From Chiloscyllium plagiosum (lineage: Eukaryota), in NCBI RefSeq assembly GCF_004010195.1, contig NC_057719.1, positions 65,751,702 through 65,815,701 on the forward strand: DNA of 64,000 nt, in the 5' to 3' direction. Positions within the stretch are counted from its first letter, which is position 1, and every line of letters begins with the position of its first letter. Shown one piece after another: positions 13,850-27,119 of this stretch. The translations under genes and the position numbers were made by a program. The notes below the pieces were generated by a model, which saw only the letters and a list, made by a program, of their open reading frames with translations, did not search any database and was not told where the DNA came from.

Positions 13850-15775
13850 CAGTCATAGAGATGTACAACATAGAAACAGTCCCTTTGGTCTGACTCATCC
13901 ATGCTGACCAGATATCCTAAATTAAATGCCAACATTTGGCCTATATCTCTCCAAAACCTTCCTATTCATTTACCCATCCAGATGCTTTTTAAATGCTGTA
14001 ATTCTACCCTCCTCAATCATTTCCTCAAGCAGCTTATTCCATACACACACCACCCTCTGCATGGAAAAAATCCCCCTTAGGTCCCTTTTAAATATTGCCC
14101 CTTCACCTTAAATCTAAGCTCTCTAGTTTTGAACTCCCCTACCCTGGAGAAAAGACCTTTTCTATTTACCCTATCCATGCTCCTCATGATTTTATAAATC
14201 TCTAAGGTCATCCCTTAGCCTCCAATGCTCCAGAGAAAACAGCCCCAGCCTATTCAGCTTCTCCCTATTGCTCAAACCCTTCAGTCTCAGCAACATCCTT
14301 GTAATTTTTTTCTGAAGCCTTTCAAGTTTAACAACAGCCTTCCTATAGCAGGGTGACAGAAGTGAATGCAGTATTCCAAAAGTGGCCTCACCAAAGTCCT
14401 GTAGAGCTGCAATATGCCATCCTAATTCCTATACTCAATGCACTGACCAATAAAGGTAAGCATGCTAAACACCTTCTTCACTATTCACTGTGGCTCCACT
14501 TTCAAGGAACTATGCACTTGCACCCCTTGTTCTCTCTGTTTAGCAACACTTCCCAGGACCTTACCATTAATGTAGATGTTCTGCCCTGGATTGCCTTATC
14601 AAAATGAAACTCCGCACATTTATCTAAATTAAACTCCATCTCCCACTCCTCGGCCCATCGGCCCATTTGATCAAAATCTCATTGTGCTTTGTGATAACCT
14701 TCTTCATTGTGAGGTGATGCATTTAGACAAGACTAATTCTAGAGCGAATTATACAATGAATGGAAGAGCTTTGGAAAAAGTTGATGGGCAGAGATATCTG
14801 GGAGTGCAGGTCCATTGTACCCTGAAGGTTGCTGCACAGGTGGATAGAGTGGTCAAGAAGGCATATAGCATGCTTGCCTTCATTGGACGGGGTATTGAGT
14901 ATAAGAGTTGGCAAGTCATGTTAACATTGTACAAGACATTGGTTCGTCCGCATTTAGAATGCTGAGTACAGTTCTGGTCACCACATTACCAAAAAGATGT
15001 GGACACTTTGGAGAGGGTGCAGAGAAGGTTTATGAGGATGTTGCCTGGTATGGAAGGTGCTAGCTAAGAAGAAAGGTTGAGTAGGTTAGGTTTATTTTCA
15101 TTAGAAAAAAGGAGATTGAGGGGGGACCTGATTGAGGTTTACAAAATCATGAAGAGTATAGACAGGGTGGATAGAGACAAGCTTTTCCCAGGATGAAGGA
15201 TTCAATAACGAGATGTCATGCTTTCAAGATGGGAGGTGGAAAGTTTAAGGGGGATACACGCGGCAAGTACTTCACACAGAGGGTGGTGGGTGCTTGGAAC
15301 ACGTTGCCAGCAGAGGTGGTAGAGGCAGGCACGGTAGATTCATTTAAGATGTGTTTGGACAGATGCATGAGTGGGTGGGGAGCAGAGGGATACAGATGCT
15401 TAGGAATTCTCCAACAGGTTTAGACAGTAGATTTGGATCGGCTCAGGCTTGAAGGGCCGAAGATTTAAGATGTGTTTGGACAGATGCATGAGTAGGTGGG
15501 GAGCAGAGGGATACAGATGTTTAGAAATTGATCGACAGGTTTAGACAGTACATTTGGATCGGCTCAGGCTTGGAGGGCCGAAGGGCGTGTTCCTGGGCTG
15601 TAAATTTTCTTTGTTCTTTGTTCTATTGTCTGCTCCACCATCAATTTTGGTGTCATCTTCAAATTTGCTAACCATTCCTCCTAACTTCACATCCAAATCA
15701 TTTATATAAATGATGAAAAGCAACGGACTCAGCACCGATCCTTGGGGCACAGCGCTGGTCACAGGCCTTCAGCCT
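13850..15775 (-). mobile_element. CR1 LINE interrupted by a younger opposite-strand CR1
   Basis: RT motif 'VPQGSVLSPLLFIIYINDLD..SKFEDDTK' at 15625-15762 continues into the 13850-14706 segment. Confidence 0.85.
14707..15625 (+). mobile_element. Younger CR1 3' fragment with a ~121-bp tandem duplication of its 3' end
   Basis: ORF 14684-14965 'CEVMHL...LVRPHLEC'; (ttgttct)n tail; attgt on both flanks. Confidence 0.9.
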
Positions 15776-15959
15776 TATATAACCAATAATTTGTACATGT
15801 AGCTACAGTTCAATGGTAAATACTTAGAGCTGAAAATCAAACAATACACTTACAAGCACCCAGTATACTATTAATAGGCTGTGAAGAATTTAATGGAGCA
15901 TTTATACTACAAGGATGCAAGCTGACGTAAGCCTGAGTAAAACAGAAAGCACTGGTTTC

Positions 15960-16890
15960 TAGTGAGTAATGGGTGCCACATTGTCCTTTAAGAATTTCTC
16001 AATCACTTTATCCCAAACACTCAACATTTCTTCTTGTGTACTTTTTCCCAGATTGTGGTCACTATTAGGGGTTCTGAAGACCATGCCAGTTGGTGATTCC
16101 TTTCTACACTTATTAGTCATCTCCTCTCATATCAATTGTACACCCTGATAAAAGGCATGTATAATTATTGCACAAGTATCGTCTTTGAGTAGTTAGTGTT
16201 AGTAGTAATGGTATCCCTCAACCTTTATTTAGCTTCCTAATCTTTTCGCATACCCATTCAATATTCAGCAACCAATCCTTATCATCCAGCAATTACATCT
16301 CCATAATGGACGAATGAGTCACCGGACTCGAAATGTGAACTCTGTTTCTTCCTACAGATGCTTCCACAACTACTGAGTTTCTTCAGCAATTTCTGTTTTT
16401 GCTCCATAATGGCTATCAGATCATGATTATTTAGTTCAATGTACATCTTTAATTCATTTGCCTTGTCATAAATGCTTTGTGCATTTAAATACAAAGTCTT
16501 TAGTTATGCCTTTTAGTTATCTTTATAACATAAACTTCTTTGTTGGTGTTTTTTGGACTTTTTTTCTTTCTCTCCTGCCATTCTCTGGCCCTCATTTCCC
16601 TGATTACTATTTTCATCCTATCTGTCTCTACTCTTTGATATACCACACCTCTCCATATTTAATTCCTAGCCCCAACTATTTATTGTGAAACCCTAATTTT
16701 CTAGTAATGCAGTTCACAAGAACACAGGTCCCAGCATCATTCAGGTGCAGCCCATCCCAATGATATAGCCCTAGTGCCAGTGCTTGACTCAGTGCTTCTC
16801 CTGAGTGTGTCTTGAGCTCTCTTTGCCTGCTGCTCCCATCCCTGTGGAAGAACAAAGTGAGTTGGATCAGGGGTGATAGATTCCCCAAAG
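15960..16890 (-). mobile_element. Decayed 5' portion of a CR1 (ORF1 esterase-like domain and start of the APE endonuclease)
   Basis: 'LYHWDGLHLNDAGT' resembles the CR1 ORF1 SGNH esterase motif; 'YLNAQSIYDKANEL...DLIAI' is an APE N-terminus. Confidence 0.75.
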
Positions 16891-19549
16891 AACTGAGTTT
16901 TGCCAGGTACTGTAGTATTTCTGAATGAGGACCTGCAAGTGATGGTGGTACAGTTAGTTACCCAGACCTATACAATTAGTGCCATCAATCAACAGCATTT
17001 GAATGCAGTGGGCAGAGAACTTGGAATATGAGATTGCCCTGGAGATGTCCAGAATTCATTCCAGTTCCTGATGGAGAGCATGCCATCAGTGCAGCTGGCA
17101 ATCTCTTTGTAAGCAGACCTTCATGCAGTATCACAGCTAACTCATTCACTTTGCCTATTTATTCATAGCAAAGGAGACACACTGCTATAAATTGGAGCAC
17201 AATGATTTCATACCAATTACCAATCCTCCTTTCCTTCTTTCTCTTGAAACTGTGTGATCAGTTCCATCTGGACATTCTATCAATCACATTTACTCTCCCA
17301 GCTGTTTATTTCAGTTGTGCTTTCCTTTCTATTTTAACTTGACAATTTATTTCGCTTATTGTTTCTTTTTTACATGGAATGTATTGTACATTTTTGAGTG
17401 AATTCCCTTGGTTTGGCAATTTTTCATCATTTTCCTTTCCACATCTTGAATTTTTGTTTGCATTCTTTTCTCATTTAACCTCTTTTCACCTTTCTACAAC
17501 ATTACAACAGGACTCCCAGGCTTTCCTAACCTAACAATTAGCACCACCCTCTCATTGCTTCTGTCTTAATTCCATCGCTGACAGCTCTAGTCAAGATATT
17601 TTTCACCAGTCAGTTCAGTGATGTCGTTACATGCCTCTGAAGTAGGTGGGTCTTGAACCCAAGCCTCTTGGTCCAGGGGTAGACACGTTACCACTGCACC
17701 ACAAGAGCCCCTTGGCCAGTTCTAGTTAACCTTTCACAAAGATATTGATCCCAGCTGTGACATTAGCTTACTCGAGCATTGTTTTATTTTATTATTCTTT
17801 CACGGGATATAGATAGATGTGGGATAGGCATGCCTGTAGCTGGGCCAGCATATGCTGCACATCCCTAATTCCTCTTAACTTGAGTGACTGGCTGGATTAT
17901 TTCAGAGGGCAGTTAGAAGCTAACCATGTTTTTGTGGGTCTGTAGTCATGTATAAGTAGATTATCTTCCCTGAAAGACAGTAATGAACCTGAAGGGTTTT
18001 GTTCACAACATCCACACTAGTTGAGAATAGCTTTTAATTCCAGATTTTACCAAGTGAAATCAAATGATGATATTTTAACCCATGACAATGGGTTGTCAGG
18101 GAGGGACAATATAGAGCTATCATGAAGGGGCGATTACTTTTGTGTCCTAAACTTTGAACAAAGGCATAGTAATAATTAATGAAGTACAACAGGAAAACAG
18201 GTAAGCTACTCATTTTTCTGGGATGACTCAACCCAGTGTTAGCAAGCAAAGTTATGTCATTGGAGAAAACTCAGAACTTCTTTTTTAGCACAATGTGCAA
18301 AGACTTCTATTTTATGTGAAAAAATAAAACCTAAGGAATTTGAAATAACAGTAGCTCAACTTCAGACCAGGAAGACTCTGGACTATGAATACATTGGCTT
18401 AACATTATGTCCCTGGCTTCTCATCAAGTGAACAAGACAACATTATACACCAGTCTGATGTCCTGGATTTGCTTTTCTTGGATTAGACAGAAGAGAAAAC
18501 CAGCCAAGGTCTATTTTTGATTTCACATATGTAGAAATAATGAGTAAAATGTTATCAGAGTTCAAAACAACAGTAACATAAAACATGCATTCGCTTTGGA
18601 GACCACCCAGTTACTCTCGTGGAGAACTGCACTACCACTATCCTAAATAGGTCAGACTTCAAACAAATCTCGCAACTCAAAACTGGGCATTGATGTCACA
18701 CCTTAGGCCATCAAAACAGCAGAAATGTATTCAACCACAATATATAGCCTTGTGACCTGGCATATCCAACACTCTAACATTTCCATCAAGCTGAGAGACC
18801 CAGGTTCAATGGAGAGTACATGAGGCACCAACCTGGTGAAGCTATAGCACTCGTGTGACAAACAGTGGAAACAGCATGTCATTGCCAAGTGATCCCATGC
18901 CCAGTAGGTCAGATCCAAGCTCTGCAGTCCTGACACAGCCAGTCGCAAATGGTTGTGGGCAATTAAACAATATATATCCATGTCGTCAACAGTGAGGGAG
19001 TCTAACAAATAAGTTTTAAAAATGTAGTAGAAGCATTTGCAACAATTTTCACTCAGAAATGATGAGTGGATGATCCATTTCAACCACCTCCAACCAATTC
19101 AATTTCCTCTATGTGATGTCAAGAAATAACTAAAAATATTGAATACTGCAAAATCTATAGTCCCTGATAACATTCTGGCAATAGTACTGAACACTTGCGC
19201 TCCAGACCTCACTGTGCCTTTTTCCAAGCTGTTCCAGTACAGCTTTAACACTGGTATCTATCCTGTAATGTGAAAATTGCAAATGCATGGCCTGTCCACA
19301 AAAGCCAGGACAACCCACCCAACCCCATCAGTTTACTCTGATTCATCAGCTAAGATATGGAAGGGGCCAGTCTTATCAAGCAAAACTTGCTCAGTAAAAA
19401 ACCTACTGACTGACTTTCAGTTTGTATTTTATAACACCTACTCAACTCTTGACTTCATTATAATCTTGGTCTAGACATCTACAAAATAGCTATTTGCTAA
19501 GGGTGCAGTGAGAATGACTGCCCCTGACATCAAGGCAGTGTTTAAACAT

Positions 19550-20141
19550 TCAAAGTTTGTGAGAAGATTTGTAGCTCGGGTGCTCGTTGCTGTGGTTCTG
19601 TTCGCCGAGCTGGAAGTTTTTGTTGCAAACGTTTCGTCCCCTGTCTAGGTGACATCCTCAGTGCTTGGGAGCCTCCTGTGAAGCACTTCTGTGGTGTTTC
19701 CTCCAGCATTTATAGTGGCCTGTCCCTGCCACTTCCGGTTGTCAGTTTCAGCTTTCCACTGTAGTGGCCGGTGTATTGGGTCCAGGTCGATGTGTTTGTT
19801 GCCTAGTAGCCACACACGCAGACGACAAGCAACATGAATTCGACTGGGACAACACTACCATTATAGGGCAAGCCAAACAAAGAACAGCCAGGGAATTCCT
19901 AGAAGCATGGCACTCATCCACAAACTCCATCAACAAAAACATCGACCTAGACCCAATATACTGGCCACTACAGCGGACAGCTGAAACTGACAACCGGAAG
20001 CGGCAGGGACAGGCCACTATAAATGCCGGAGGAAACACCACAGAAGCGCTTCACAGGAGGCTCCCAAGCACTGAGGATGTCACCTAGACAGGGGACGAAA
20101 CGTTTGCAACAAAAACTTCCAGCTCGGCGAACAGAAGCACA
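19550..20141. mobile_element. Penelope-like element: GIY-YIG C-terminus plus pLTR, with an inverted pLTR copy
   Basis: 15-bp TSD gcagtgtttaaacat (19535-19549 / 20142-20156); ~214-bp inverted arms; peptide 'HEFDWDNTTIIGQAKQRTAREFLEAWHS'. Confidence 0.9.
20068..20107 (+). ncRNA. Minimal type I hammerhead ribozyme motif in a PLE pLTR; mirror copy at 19625-19664 on the minus strand
   Basis: GCA-CTGAGGA-T-GTCACC tagaca GGGGAC-GAAAC-GTT-TGC. Confidence 0.7.
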
Positions 20142-21879
20142 GCAGTGTTTAAACATGTATAACATCAAGTTCTCCTAACTAAGCTGGAGTTAATGGTAAA
20201 GCTCCACTGGTTGAAGTCGTGATTTGAAGTCATGCATTGCACAAAGCAAGATATTTGTGATTGTTGGAGGCCTATCATCTCAGTCCAAGAATATTCCTGT
20301 CAGTGCCTCCATGTAATGCACTAAGACCAACCATCATCAGCTTTATCAGTAATCTTCCCTCCATTATAAGGTGGAGATGGTCACTAATGATTGCATAATA
20401 TTCAGTATTACTTGCAATTCCTCAGAGAGTGAACTGTCCAAGGCCATATGCAGCAAGACCTGGAAAATACCCAGATTTCCGCAATAAAGGCAAGGAAAGT
20501 TAGCACCATAACAAGTGCAAGTAAATAGTCATCTCAAACAATAGACAATCCAACTGCTGTCTTCTTGAAATTCAATGGCATGACTAACTCTCAGTCTTCC
20601 ACTAACAGCATCTTGAAAGTTATCATTGGCCAGAAACTGAACTGGAATAGTCATCCAAATATTATGCTACAAAAGCAGGTCAGAGGCTGGAAATTCTAGA
20701 GTAAGGAATTCACCATCTGATTTCCGAAAGCCTGTTCACTCTATCTGTAAAGTTCAAGTCAGGAATGTGATAGAATACTTCTCACTTGCCTGGATGAGTC
20801 CATTTCCAACAATGCTCAAGAAGTTCAACACAAATGAGTATAAAGCAGCTTGCATGATTAGCTGTCTACCACTTCAGCTCTCATTCCATTCACCATCAAT
20901 GCAAAGAGGCAGCAATGTGCACCAAATGCACTGTAGTAACTTACCCATGACTCCATCGACAGCAACTTCCAAATCCCACACCTCTATCATCGAGAAGGAC
21001 AAGGGCAGCATGTGCCTGGGAACGTTACTTACTGCAAGACCTCTCCAAGCCACACACCACCCTGATTTGGAACTATAATGCTGTTCCTTCATTGTCACTG
21101 AGTCAATATCCCTCTTAACTATGCTGTTGATGTACCTGCACCTCAAGTTCAAGAAGCCAGCTCACCAATTCCTTTCTCTAGAGCAATAAGGGATGGACAA
21201 TAAAGGCTGGCTGAATTAGGAACCTCCACATCTCATGAATGAACAGAAAAAAAAGAGGCTGTATATTCCATGGTGGACAAATGAGAATTTATACCTCGCA
21301 CATGCTGGAGGTGAACTTCTTGATTTTTTCAGCTATAAGGTGGTATGAATCACACAGAGTCCTGCAGTTGCAGCAGATGGGATGGAGTTCATTCTGCATA
21401 AAGATTTACCATTGAAGAAAAGATCTCCAATCTTTGGAGATTACTGAGAATTAAGAAATACTGAAAAAGTTAGTGCGACTTGGTAATATAGAAGTAGTGA
21501 AGCATAATCATTCTGGCTGTGTGCTTGAAACACTTGCATTCAAGGGAAATAAAAGAAAGAAGGATTAAAATTTATCAACTCTGCTGCTTTAATACTTCTG
21601 ATTTTCAATTCTTGATTCTGTTGATGTGCCCTAAATTTTCACAGTTCAAAATTCAAGTGCAAGTGGTCTCTGTTAATCTGTGTTCCATGGCATTGCATTT
21701 CAATTGGCCTGCAGTGTAGAAGGGAGCTTATGATTGAATGGCACCATGTAAGGTTTGAAATTGGCTATAGTCTGTTGATGTGTGCCATTGAGTAAATATG
21801 TTCAGATTGAAGAGGTGTCACAGAAAGTGGCAGGAGGTAGTTTGTGACCCATCCCTTGCTCCCCTAAACTGAGTGACTT

Positions 21880-22225
21880 GTTAGATGGCTCAGTGGTTAG
21901 TACTACTGCCTCACAGGGACCCAGGTTAGATTCCAATCTTGGACAACTGCTTGTGTGGAATTTGCACATTCTCTATTTGTTTGCATGGGATTCCTCCACA
22001 TTCTCCGGTTTCCTCCTACAGTCCAAAAATGTGCAGGTTAGGTGGATTCGCCATGCTAAATTGCCGACAGTGTCCAAGACTGTGCAAGCTAGATGGATCA
22101 GCCATGGGAAATGCAAGGTTACAGAGAAGGTTTCAGGGGGTTTTGGGTCTGGAAACGATGCTCTTTGGAGAGTCAGTGTGGATTTGATGGGCTGAATGGC
22201 CTGCCTCTGGACTGTAGGGATTCTA
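21880..22225 (+). mobile_element. HE1-like SINE
   Basis: tggctcagtggttag A box, SINE core, CR1-like 3' end. Confidence 0.85.
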
Positions 22226-23257
22226 CAACTTCATTGGAATTTTAAGATTCAACTACTTTGCTGTGGGTCTGGAGTCAGGTATAGACCAGACCATGTAAGG
22301 ATGGCTGATTCCCTTCTGTAAAGGACTTTAATGATCCAGATAAGTTTTTCCAACAATTAATAGAATTTCCGCTTTCACTGTTACTGAGATTAGTTTTGAA
22401 TGATCAGATTTTCCATCAGGTCCCATGGTAGGATTTGAAATCTTATCTCCAGAACTTTAACCAGGATGTCTGGATTACTAGCCCAGTGGCATAACCATTA
22501 TGCTACTGTGATAGTAAGGAGAAGAAATATGCATAACTTTCCTTCAGACAGCATGGTGATATAAGTTGGAGCTGCTTTGGAAGAATACCTCAGTGACCTT
22601 GCTTTGGACTGTCAAAGCTATTGCGATGGATTGTATTTCTCCCATAGACTCAATCTTGTTGTGCTTACATAGTTTCTATCAGGTTCTCTTAAGCATTGAA
22701 TGTCCTCTTAAAGGGTGTACTATCTGATTAGATTGCCACTGCTCTGAGTCCCTCGCCCTTATCTCGTTTGTCCTTAAATTAGAGTGATTCTTTTAAGTGG
22801 CAGCAATAGCATCTACTGTGAGGGAACCTTTTGCTGGTGCAGTTGAAATATCAGCTGAAGACAGGAGGAGAAAAACAAATCAGTTCCTGTTGTCCAGTAG
22901 CATAGGAATCAAGAGTGTTGGGAGTGCTTCAGGTGGTTTTGGGGGCAGTGGTAGCAGGAGTGAGAGGCAAGCTATCACTCACAAAGAGACCTGGCTAGAA
23001 ATGTTTCTTCTTACCTTGGCTGGGTGTCAAAGATCATTTCTGTTGTCATTGAAGCCATGTCTGGAAGGTGAGATTGACCTGACTGAATTGTTGAAATATT
23101 CTTTTTGTCCTACTCCTGTACCTACAATTAGCCTTTCTGAAGAGAAGCAAGGTGTCCATTTATCCCATTTCTCCTTTATCAATGTTCGTTTTAGGGGATT
23201 AATGTATCCTTGCTCAAAACATTTCTATTCTTCAATTTCACCAAACTCACTTTAAGA

Positions 23258-23792
23258 ATTCTGGTCTCCCTGTTTTGGAAAGATGTTTTTAAACTTGAAA
23301 TGGTGCAAGAAAGATTTGAAAGGATATTGCCAAGGCTGGAGGATTTGAGCTATAGGGAGAGGCTGAATAGGCTGGGGCTGTTTTCCCTGGAGCGTCAGAG
23401 GTTGAGGGTTGACCTTATAGAAGTTTATAAAATCATGAGGGGCATAGAAAAAGTAAAGAGACAAGGTCTTTTCACCAGGGTAGGGGAGTCCAAAACTAGA
23501 AGGCATAGATATAAGTTGAGAGGGGAATGATTTAAATAGGACCAAAGAGGAAATCTTTTCATACAGAGGGTGGAGTATGTTTGGAATGAACTGCCAAAGG
23601 GAGTGATGGAAGAGGGTAGCATTACAACATTTAAAGGCATCTGGATGGGTATATGGATAAGAAGGGTTTAAAAGGATATGAGCCAAATGCAGGCAAATGG
23701 GACTAAATCATGTTAGGAGATCTGGTCGGCATGGACAAGTTGGACCAAAGTGTCTGTTTCTGTGCTGTACAATGCTATAACTATGACTCTAA
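23258..23792 (+). mobile_element. CR1 3' fragment
   Basis: '[31 protein letters not shown]'; ctatgactct tail. Confidence 0.9.
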
Positions 23793-24998
23793 GAAAGCAT
23801 GTCTCACTTTAAGAAATCTAACCTCACATAATGCTGTGGCTGGATCCCACTGCTTAGTGGCATGCAGCCCAAAACTGTGTGAAAACTCTTGGTTGGGCAG
23901 CACAAGATAGTGAGGTCCAAGCATTAAAATAGTTCAGGCCTTTCATCTTTTCGACCAGAGAACAAAATTAAAACTAATCTATGTGTTGTTTGGTGGATGA
24001 TGTTTCAAAGTAAAACATTTTTGTTGCATCCGGGAATCACTTTAGAAGTTCTTTGAATGCTCAGAGACCTGGGTGGGTCTCAGAGACCTGACAAAACATG
24101 CTTTCTATCAAATAACAGCAATATTGCCAAGGAAACAATCATTATCAATATGCACCAAACATTACTTGTGCACTATTCACATTAGCTTTAGTTTAATTTT
24201 TGAATAAGGGTGAGCGTTTCCGAAGGATTATGTGCTCAGTTAATTAGCACCGTGTTTCCCTGTACATCAGTTTCTGGTAGCTGGCTCAAGTGCAACATTG
24301 GCTGGGTTGTCAGTACATAAGCCTTTGCCAGGCATGGTGGGTGGAGATTGGAATTCACCCCCATGTCCAAGTTATAGGCTATGTAGGATTACAAGCCATC
24401 GCACGGAATTCTGTTGTGCTATGGAGCAGGAAGGTCACAGTGACATCATCGTCAGATGTTACTACAAACCCTCAACCCAATGGCTTAGAATTTCTTTTCG
24501 GCACCTCTGTGACCATAAAACAAGGACCAATTCAATCAGTCAAACAAACTGAGAACCATTCTCCCATTCATCCATAAGGATACAAGAAGAACTTTATGAT
24601 GTTTTCCATCCCACACCTAACCTCTCCTATTGAAAAGAATAGAAATTACTGAAGTTCTCAGTGTGGAGGATTCAACATTTTTCCAAGACTTTGGGGAAAT
24701 TATACAATTTAAGGCAGTACTAAGATATGATAAGTTATTGAGAGAGGGTGAGAGAGAGAGAGAGCACCACTGTAACTTCGCTTTGGACTGCTATAACTAT
24801 ATGTATGGATTGATTTTGTGTAGACTCAATGTTACACAATTGTTCCTTCATGGATTTTATCTACCTCTGCTTCTCTTGGACATTGAATGTCCTGTATTAT
24901 TAGAAGTTGTACTGTCTGGTTAGATAGCTGCTGCTCTGAGTCCCTTGTATCTGTAACTTAACGTGACTGTACCTTACTACTATAAAATCTTATATATT

Positions 24999-25708
24999 TG
25001 TTATGAAGGTGTGGGTGTACCTTTAAGAGAGTTAAAAGCAGCAGAACTACCGCTCACAGCACCAAGTGTTCTCAATAAGGCAACAATGTAACACTGCGTC
25101 AAACAACTCAGTTGGTTCATTGCCTGGAGACAAAAACAAATTCGAATTTGGCCAATCAGCTTAAATTATACTCCGAAAAAATATCATTTTCCAATCAAGT
25201 TTGAATTGAGTATATTGGCAATCTTAAAAGTCGATGTTCTGGGGTATAAGGCCGGGGAGAATTGAACAGTTAAGAGGAGAACTGCCAAGTCCTAGCATGT
25301 AACAGATTGCTTGAAAAAAGTATCTCTCTTAAAAGTACCCATTCGATCAATAATCTGTGATGCAGAAGTTCCTAACAAGGGGAAAAGAAGACACAGGAAG
25401 ATCTGAAGACAGGAACTTACAGATGCCTGGTTTTGAGATATGAAGTGTTGTTTTGTAAATCTTAATTGGGAGTTTTATTGGATGAGTATTATAGAAGTAT
25501 TATATGAAGATAAAAGATAGGTTCGAGAAAGAAATTGTATACGGTGGTTAGTTAATTATTCTCTGTTATACTTTAAGATATAATGTTGTTAATTTTTAGT
25601 TCGCATAGTTCTTGGCCACTCAAAGTTTTACTGATTACTGCATGGGATAAATCTTTTTTGTGTTGCTTGCTTTAAATTAAGCAGGACAGTTTATCCCATG
25701 TCGTAACA
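24999..25708 (+). mobile_element. Solo LTR (710 bp)
   Basis: TGTTA...TAACA inverted termini; 4-bp TSD TATT on both sides; TATA-like gtataag near 25245. Confidence 0.85.
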
Positions 25709-27119
25709 TATTCTTTATTTAAATTTTGAAAAGCAGTGCAGTGAATATAGCTCTCTAGTACCGTGATCTTTCCTGATTTGCTTCGAGCCCTGACCTCAAC
25801 TGTTGCTGCAGAAGTAAAAGTCACATCATCCTTTATCATAACCATAAGACCATAAGAAATAGGAACACGAGTAGGCCATTTGGCACCTCAAGTTGGTCCA
25901 CCATTCAATAGGATCACAGCTGATCCAATACTCCTCACGGTCTCATTCCTGCATTTTCCCTGTAACCCTTGAATTCCATGATTTGTATTATATTGTCTTC
26001 TCAAGCAAATTCATTTCCCATTACACGAGGAGTCACCCTGAAGAACTTTATAGATTGATATAGAGAGATCCTGATTTCAGTTTACCCTCAGCCAAGAAAA
26101 CAGATTTCCTTTGTTCAGTGCTTTCAATGTAGCATAACATCTCATAGCTCGTAGCAGCAGCAAAAGAAAAGAAAACTGCATGGAAAAAAAAAAGGAAATA
26201 TTAGGGTGGATGACCAAAAGCTTTTCGGGAGGCTTTTAAAAGGTACAGAGGGAAGTGGAGGGACTGAGTTTCAGACCATGGAACCTAAGTGGTTAAACGC
26301 TCTATATTAAATGCTCCCTGGACAGAGGAAGAAAGGGAGGATGACCAAAAAATAGAGTTTAGTGTCTTTGGCTATGGTGCATCAAAGAGATAAAGAATGT
26401 TGAGTGCATGAATTGATTTAAATATGAGGATGCAATTTTGATATCTGTTGCACTGGGGAAGTTAGCAACCCTGTGTTTAGGAGGACAAGTAATTCAAAGA
26501 GCTATAACCTACAAAGCAGCCAAAGCATCACTTTCTATTAGGGGAGACAGTTGGTTGATGCACAGCTTTTGAGTAGCCAGTCCACTAACACAGGGTGAGT
26601 GAGGAAGGCATGCCTCCATAAACTACCACAGCCAGTATAGGGATTGAACTCACATTATTGGCTTTGTTCTGCACCATATTGTAGTCAACTAAGCTAACTG
26701 ACTCCCAGACAACCGCAATAGGTAAACATACAATAGTGCGGCATAAGAAATTAGAGTTAGATTATCAACCTGCTCCTCAGATGCTGCCTGACCTGCTGTG
26801 CTTTTCCAGCACCACACTCTCAACTTAAATTATCAACGGTCTCTCCACAAAATAAGTAGAAATGTTGAGAGAACAATCACCTCAAGCTGCCCTTGTCAGC
26901 CTGAGAGACCTAAGACCAGAGTACAACAGAGTTCAAGATGAGCATGTGAAGGAAATAAACTATCAGTAGAAATCAAGCAGAATGACAGAAAATGCTGGAA
27001 ATATTCAGTAGGCCTGGCAATAGCTATCGAGGCAGAAACAGTTAAGGTGGGAAAATGTAGAAATGTAAATGATTACAGCAAGTGAAAGGGGGTTGGGGGG
27101 TTCAGGGGTGAGGTGGGAA

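Larger units (their letters stand above)
18560..21250 (+). mobile_element. Old, decayed CR1/L2-class LINE hosting a Penelope insertion
   Basis: Relic RT C-terminus 'IEYFSLAWMS'; same family as 8550-10520 in the opposite orientation. Confidence 0.7.

Noticed and set aside
22797..23255. 152-aa + strand ORF
   Set aside because: Non-ATG start, no recognisable domain, and the splice signals point to the opposite strand
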